Origin: Eledone cirrhosa
Taxonomy: Eukaryota
Length of the DNA stretch: 64,000 nucleotides
Reading direction: 5' to 3'
NCBI GenBank assembly: GCA_964016885.1
Contig: OZ024743.1
Coordinates: forward strand, 113,894,001 to 113,958,000
The notes beneath the pieces were generated by a model, which was not told the origin of the DNA, searched no databases, and saw only the letters and a list, made by a program, of their open reading frames with translations. The number at the start of each line of letters is the position of its first letter. Position 1 is the first letter of the stretch. This document shows, piece by piece, positions 60,150-64,000 of this stretch. The position numbers and the translations under genes are program-made.

Positions 60150-61689
60150 CAATGGTTAATTAACTGTTGTGGAACTAACTTCTCTCCCTCTCTTTCTCTC
60201 TCATATATATATACATATATACATGTGTGTAAATGAAGTATTTCCGTCGGAAAGGTACAGGAAAAAAGAGTGCTCTATGTAGGCTACAGAGTTTATTAGT
60301 TATGTAATTATAGCAAAATACTAGTGTGTATGAATGTAACAAGGAGACATGGTTTGTAAATCGAATGAAATATGTAGCAAGTTGGCGAGAATGTTGTAAC
60401 AGGCATGAAAATTACGACAAAAGAATGTTTGCAAAAATCAATGATAAATATCAAGGTAGCCAACCGCTCTTGGCCAGAGAACGACTGGACATCTATCTAT
60501 CCATCACCCAAAGATACAATGTAATAAAGTAAGAGAAGAGCTCAAAGTTCAAATGTACAAAATATAGTTCACAGGTGTGCAATCACATGACAGCAGGAAA
60601 GAAAGTGTGTTCCAGAGAATGAATGCAGGTGGTTTCTGTTCTGTGGTATATCGTGAAATTTCCAACCTCCGAATGGATTTTCTCACAGGAAGAGTGCTGC
60701 AAAAATAAATTCTCTGGCTTGTTCTACTGGTTTTGGTTGTTGGTGAAGCCGTGTTGCTGTTGATGTTGTTGTCTCGCGGAGTGAGCGTATTCGGTGTTTA
60801 AATTCCCAGTAAAAAAATTTTTTTCGGAAAAAATGAGTTGCGCAAAGTGCTAGAAATAACAGCCGAAGTTGATGGTCGATGTTGAGAATGCGTTGACCTG
60901 GAAGGGTCAAGAGGCCAGCGACCAAAGAAATAAACATTCTGAATAAATGCGCAGTTTTCAACGGCGAATTTACGTGGTAAATTTTTAAACCGGCAAATAG
61001 GAGAATATAGCTTAAGGCTGAAGAATCCTTGGCGAGAAACGTTATCTCTGGCGTGCGGCTATCTCTGTGAGTCGAGATATCTCCATGAGTTGAGAATTTG
61101 TGCTGCCTACACGTGCCAATACAAGATTAAGTTAGGTTGAAAAAATAATATTTCTAACGCGCGAGAAAATGGCGCGAAAATGATAGTGCAACAGGTCGTT
61201 GGCAGCCATTTTGAAAAAATGTGTGTGTGAAAGTGACAATGATGAAAAATAAAGGCTTCACTTAGCATAATTATTGGTGTGAACTTTGAAAAAAAACTTG
61301 AACGATGAAGAAAAGACAATGGTTGAGGTTCATCGAAAATAAATGTTCCTGTTTTTTTAAAAAAATCAAATTTCTTTTTTTTTTTTTAAAGTGTTCGTTG
61401 CAAGAACGAGAAACATATATATATATCGTGAAATGCGACAGTTAGTTGATGCGTGAGAGAAAAAGTCTGTCTGTGCGAAAATTTCACATGTGCGTTTCTT
61501 TGCAATTTTGTCAATAAAATTTGCTGTGTATTCGTAATGTTACTCACACAACACCAGATTCTGCTATTTTTTTCTTTTTTCGGGCTCACTACTTTATAGC
61601 GATGATTGGTTGTGTGTTCGTATCACGTCGGGGGTCACCAATTATAGCAAAATACTAGTGTGTATGAATGTAACAAGGAGACATGATTT

Positions 61690-62179
61690 GTGTGTATAAT
61701 ATTTAATTAACAATCATGGATATATATAGAACAGTATAGTTGACATGTCAAAGGAATAGATGAAAGAATGAAGCAAAGTTATTAGTTACCGTTTGATTGC
61801 CAAACGAACGTGGTTGGCAGAAGATGCCTGTGTGATGACTCCTGGCGAAAGCCAGGAGGCACCTGACCGAAAAGGCGAATGAGAGAGTGAGAACTTAAAG
61901 TTGTTAGTTTTATAGGGTTCTGACCGGAAGTTACAGAAAGGGTTCTACTTCCTGTCGAGATGGTGTTAATCTATTGGGGTTGTGAGTGTCACAACAAGGG
62001 AGGCAACTCCTGCTACATAATCAACAACATAAGATAATTATTTCATTTACCAGTGGTTTCTTGAAGACAGATGTTGTGTCTGTCTTCAGTCGTCAGAATG
62101 AATAAAAAACATGGTGTTTTTATTAAATATGGATTTGAAATTCACGAAACCACTGGTAAATGAAATAATTATCTTATGT

Positions 62180-62181
<2 letters not shown>
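61690..62181 (-). mobile_element. Hammerhead element with 36-bp inverted repeat, abutting (TA)n
   Basis: Perfect inverted repeat 62025-62060 / 62146-62181 covering the 3' half of the ribozyme; left boundary approximate. Confidence 0.6.
62042..62102 (-). ncRNA. Type I hammerhead ribozyme
   Basis: Minus strand reads ttcatt CTGACGA c-tgaagacaga-cacaaca-tctgtcttca-a GAAA ccactgg TA aatgaa: perfect 6-bp stem I, 10-bp stem II, GUA site. Confidence 0.83.
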
Positions 62182-62215
<34 letters not shown>

Positions 62216-62226
<11 letters not shown>

Positions 62227-62534
62227 AGAACAAAGTGGGGGTGTTACATAGGAGATTTATTGCTTAATCCTGGTTACAAATGTTTCTCACGCAGCCAGCT
62301 CGTGATCTGGGTTGGCACCCCAGACCATACTCCAAGTCTGCCTGATCCTCAGACCAGTATTAACACAACAAAAATCACATCAAATCTGTGGACAAACCAG
62401 CCAGGCACAAACACTCCTATAAAATGACCAATCACAGGCCTAGAATTCAAGCCAGCTGCTTGAGAAACATTTGTAACCAGGATTGAGGAATAAATCTCCT
62501 ATGTACCACCTCCACTTTGGTCTTATTATATATA
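62216..62534 (-). mobile_element. Hammerhead element with about 80-bp imperfect inverted repeats, between TA tracts
   Basis: Arms about 62216-62295 / 62455-62534; complete ribozyme only on the minus strand. Confidence 0.65.
62270..62357 (-). ncRNA. Type I hammerhead ribozyme with extended, branched stem II
   Basis: Minus strand reads ctggt CTGAGGA tcaggcag...tctggggtgccaacccaga...ctgcgtga GAAA catttg TA accag. Confidence 0.72.
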
Positions 62535-62877
62535 CTCTGTTCTGCATTAAGTGCTGACCTTCGTATTCTCACCAGGTTAATCAAAATGCTACATGTCGTC
62601 ACTATTAGAACCACAGCTCCACCAAAATAATTTTTTAAAAAATTCATTAGGAGCAGTAACATAAAAATTCAAGGGTAAGATATTGTCTAAACAAATGTAT
62701 CCACCACATTATATGTTTGTGTATGTATATATATATATATATATATGTAGAAGTTATATTTAAATTGTTGGGATACAACAAGCAAATATTTTATAACCGA
62801 TATAAAGCACTCAACAAATTATTGGAGTAAAAATACGATATATTAACAAATGGAAACTATATTTATAAAACCATATT

Positions 62878-62942
62878 TATTTCATTATACATATTTCAAG
62901 GACACCAAGTCAAAATATGGTGCACTTTCATCAGATAAAATA
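62878..62942 (-). ncRNA. Type I hammerhead ribozyme (inverted partner of 63432-63496)
   Basis: Near-identical inverted copy: tattttat CTGATGA aagtgcacca...tggtgtcctt GAAA tatgta TA atgaaata. Confidence 0.73.
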
Positions 62943-63431
62943 TAATATAGATCAGTTTTATAAATAAATATTGACATACCCTTAAAGAATGCGACCACTT
63001 AATCAAATTTAAACATTAGATAAAATTCTCCGGTTATTATTATTTATTTATTTCTATTCACGCTTATTTACTCTGCGTAACTCATCCAATAAATATTTTT
63101 TTTTTCGCGACATCTTAAAATTTACGTTAATACAACAACCTATCACTTAGGGCTTTCTCTTTCTTTTTCTCTTTTTTCTCTTTTTTCTCTTTCTCTTGTT
63201 TTCTTCTTTTCCTCTTAGAATTTACTCTTTCTTTTCTCTTTTTCTTTCTCTTTTCCTTTTTCCATACTCCAACGGCTTATTTTAAATCTACTGTGATTCA
63301 AACATATCCGACACTAATTTGCATAATAGACTAAATAAATTTAATAACCCCACTATCCGGGAGCTTCCAGCAGAAATGGTCGCATTCTTTAAGGGTATGT
63401 CAATATTTATTTATAAAACTGATCTATATTA

Positions 63432-63496
63432 TATTTTATCTGATGAAAGCGCACCATAATTTGACTTGGTGTCCTTGAAATATGTATAATGAAATA
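63432..63496 (+). ncRNA. Type I hammerhead ribozyme (same family as 32.9 kb)
   Basis: tattttat CTGATGA aag-c-gcacca...tggtgt-c-ctt GAAA tatgta TA atgaaata; stem II differs in sequence from the 32.9 kb copy but still pairs. Confidence 0.73.
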
Positions 63497-64000
63497 AATA
63501 TAGTTTTATAAATATAGTTTCCATTTGTTAATATATCGTATATATATATACAGAGAGAGGAAAGCTGAGGGGAAAATACATTAACATATTAGCTACCAAG
63601 CCACATTTCCCATTTTATCCCCTGGTTGTAATATGATTTCATTTGGATTGGCAGTATTGGTAGAGGGTCGGACGCTATGCTTTGCAGCAAAGACTTACGT
63701 CCCTTTATGGTCTGAGTTCAAATCCCGCCGAGGTTAACTTTGCCTTTCATCCTTACAGGGTCGATAAAATAAAGCACCAGTAATACACTGGGATAATTGC
63801 TGGCCGTGTGCCAAATGTAGAAACAATTATTTTAATATAAGCACCATAATATGTGTTTGCACTATATGTGAATGAAGGATGACATAGATATTTACCCACG
63901 TCTTACCGGATGAGTCGTTTGGTACATATGTTCATATTACAAACAAAAGTCTCACGTCATCATAACAAAATAAAACAAAAACAAAAAACATGGAATAACC

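Larger units (their letters stand above)
59850..60177 (-). mobile_element. Fold-back hammerhead element (170-bp palindrome plus tail)
   Basis: Palindrome 60008-60177 centred on acatc-ca-gatgt; the minus-strand tail contains aACTCgttccattgactGAGTGCTc. Confidence 0.7.
62747..63541 (-). mobile_element. Inverted-repeat Penelope-derived element, diverged relative of the 32.7 kb element, in (TA)n
   Basis: Arms about 62833-62997 / 63377-63541 with a pyrimidine-rich spacer of about 375 bp. Arm and tail (62747-62832) align by eye to the 32.7 kb element. Confidence 0.78.

Noticed and set aside
61832-61866. SECIS element
   Set aside because: The helix after ATGA is too short and there is no GA opposite the UGA quartet.
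62447-62700. Upstream receptor exon suggested by the donor-like CTG|gtgag at about 62572
   Set aside because: All three frames from the nearest good acceptor contain stops, and the domain motifs are absent.

Overview
Eukaryotic, AT-rich, repeat-dominated DNA. The SINE/MITE/RTE repertoire and very long (TA)n arrays look like an octopod cephalopod genome (inference). There is one 200-N scaffold gap at 10925-11124. (1) One protein-coding gene can be built by hand on the minus strand: ten phase-compatible GT-AG exons (59199 down to 33982, about 520 codons, 5' end outside the window). They encode a 'tall' class I cytokine receptor of the Domeless/gp130 type: cytokine-binding module with a degenerate WSXWS (SFWSDK), three further FN3 domains and a TM helix. 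No convincing Box1/cytoplasmic exon was found, and the best phase-compatible acceptors give a tail of only a few residues. (2) The most striking hidden signal is a set of type I hammerhead ribozymes (CUGAnGA...GAAA, near-palindromic stem III, NUH site): nine near-complete motifs in six elements, plus decayed ones. They sit in inverted-repeat or fold-back elements, nearly all abutting (TA)n tracts. One element keeps a Penelope-like GIY-YIG remnant, and four share an ACTC...GAGTGCT tail motif. (3) The rest is mobile DNA: RTE LINEs (one 621-aa open RT ORF with a PHD-type finger inside the RT), bipartite RTE derivatives, CR1 and CRE fragments, tRNA-derived SINEs, TTAA (piggyBac-type) MITEs, a hAT MITE, Helitron ends, and roughly 10 kb of TA-rich microsatellite. 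The long IY-repeat ORFs in the track are microsatellite artefacts.
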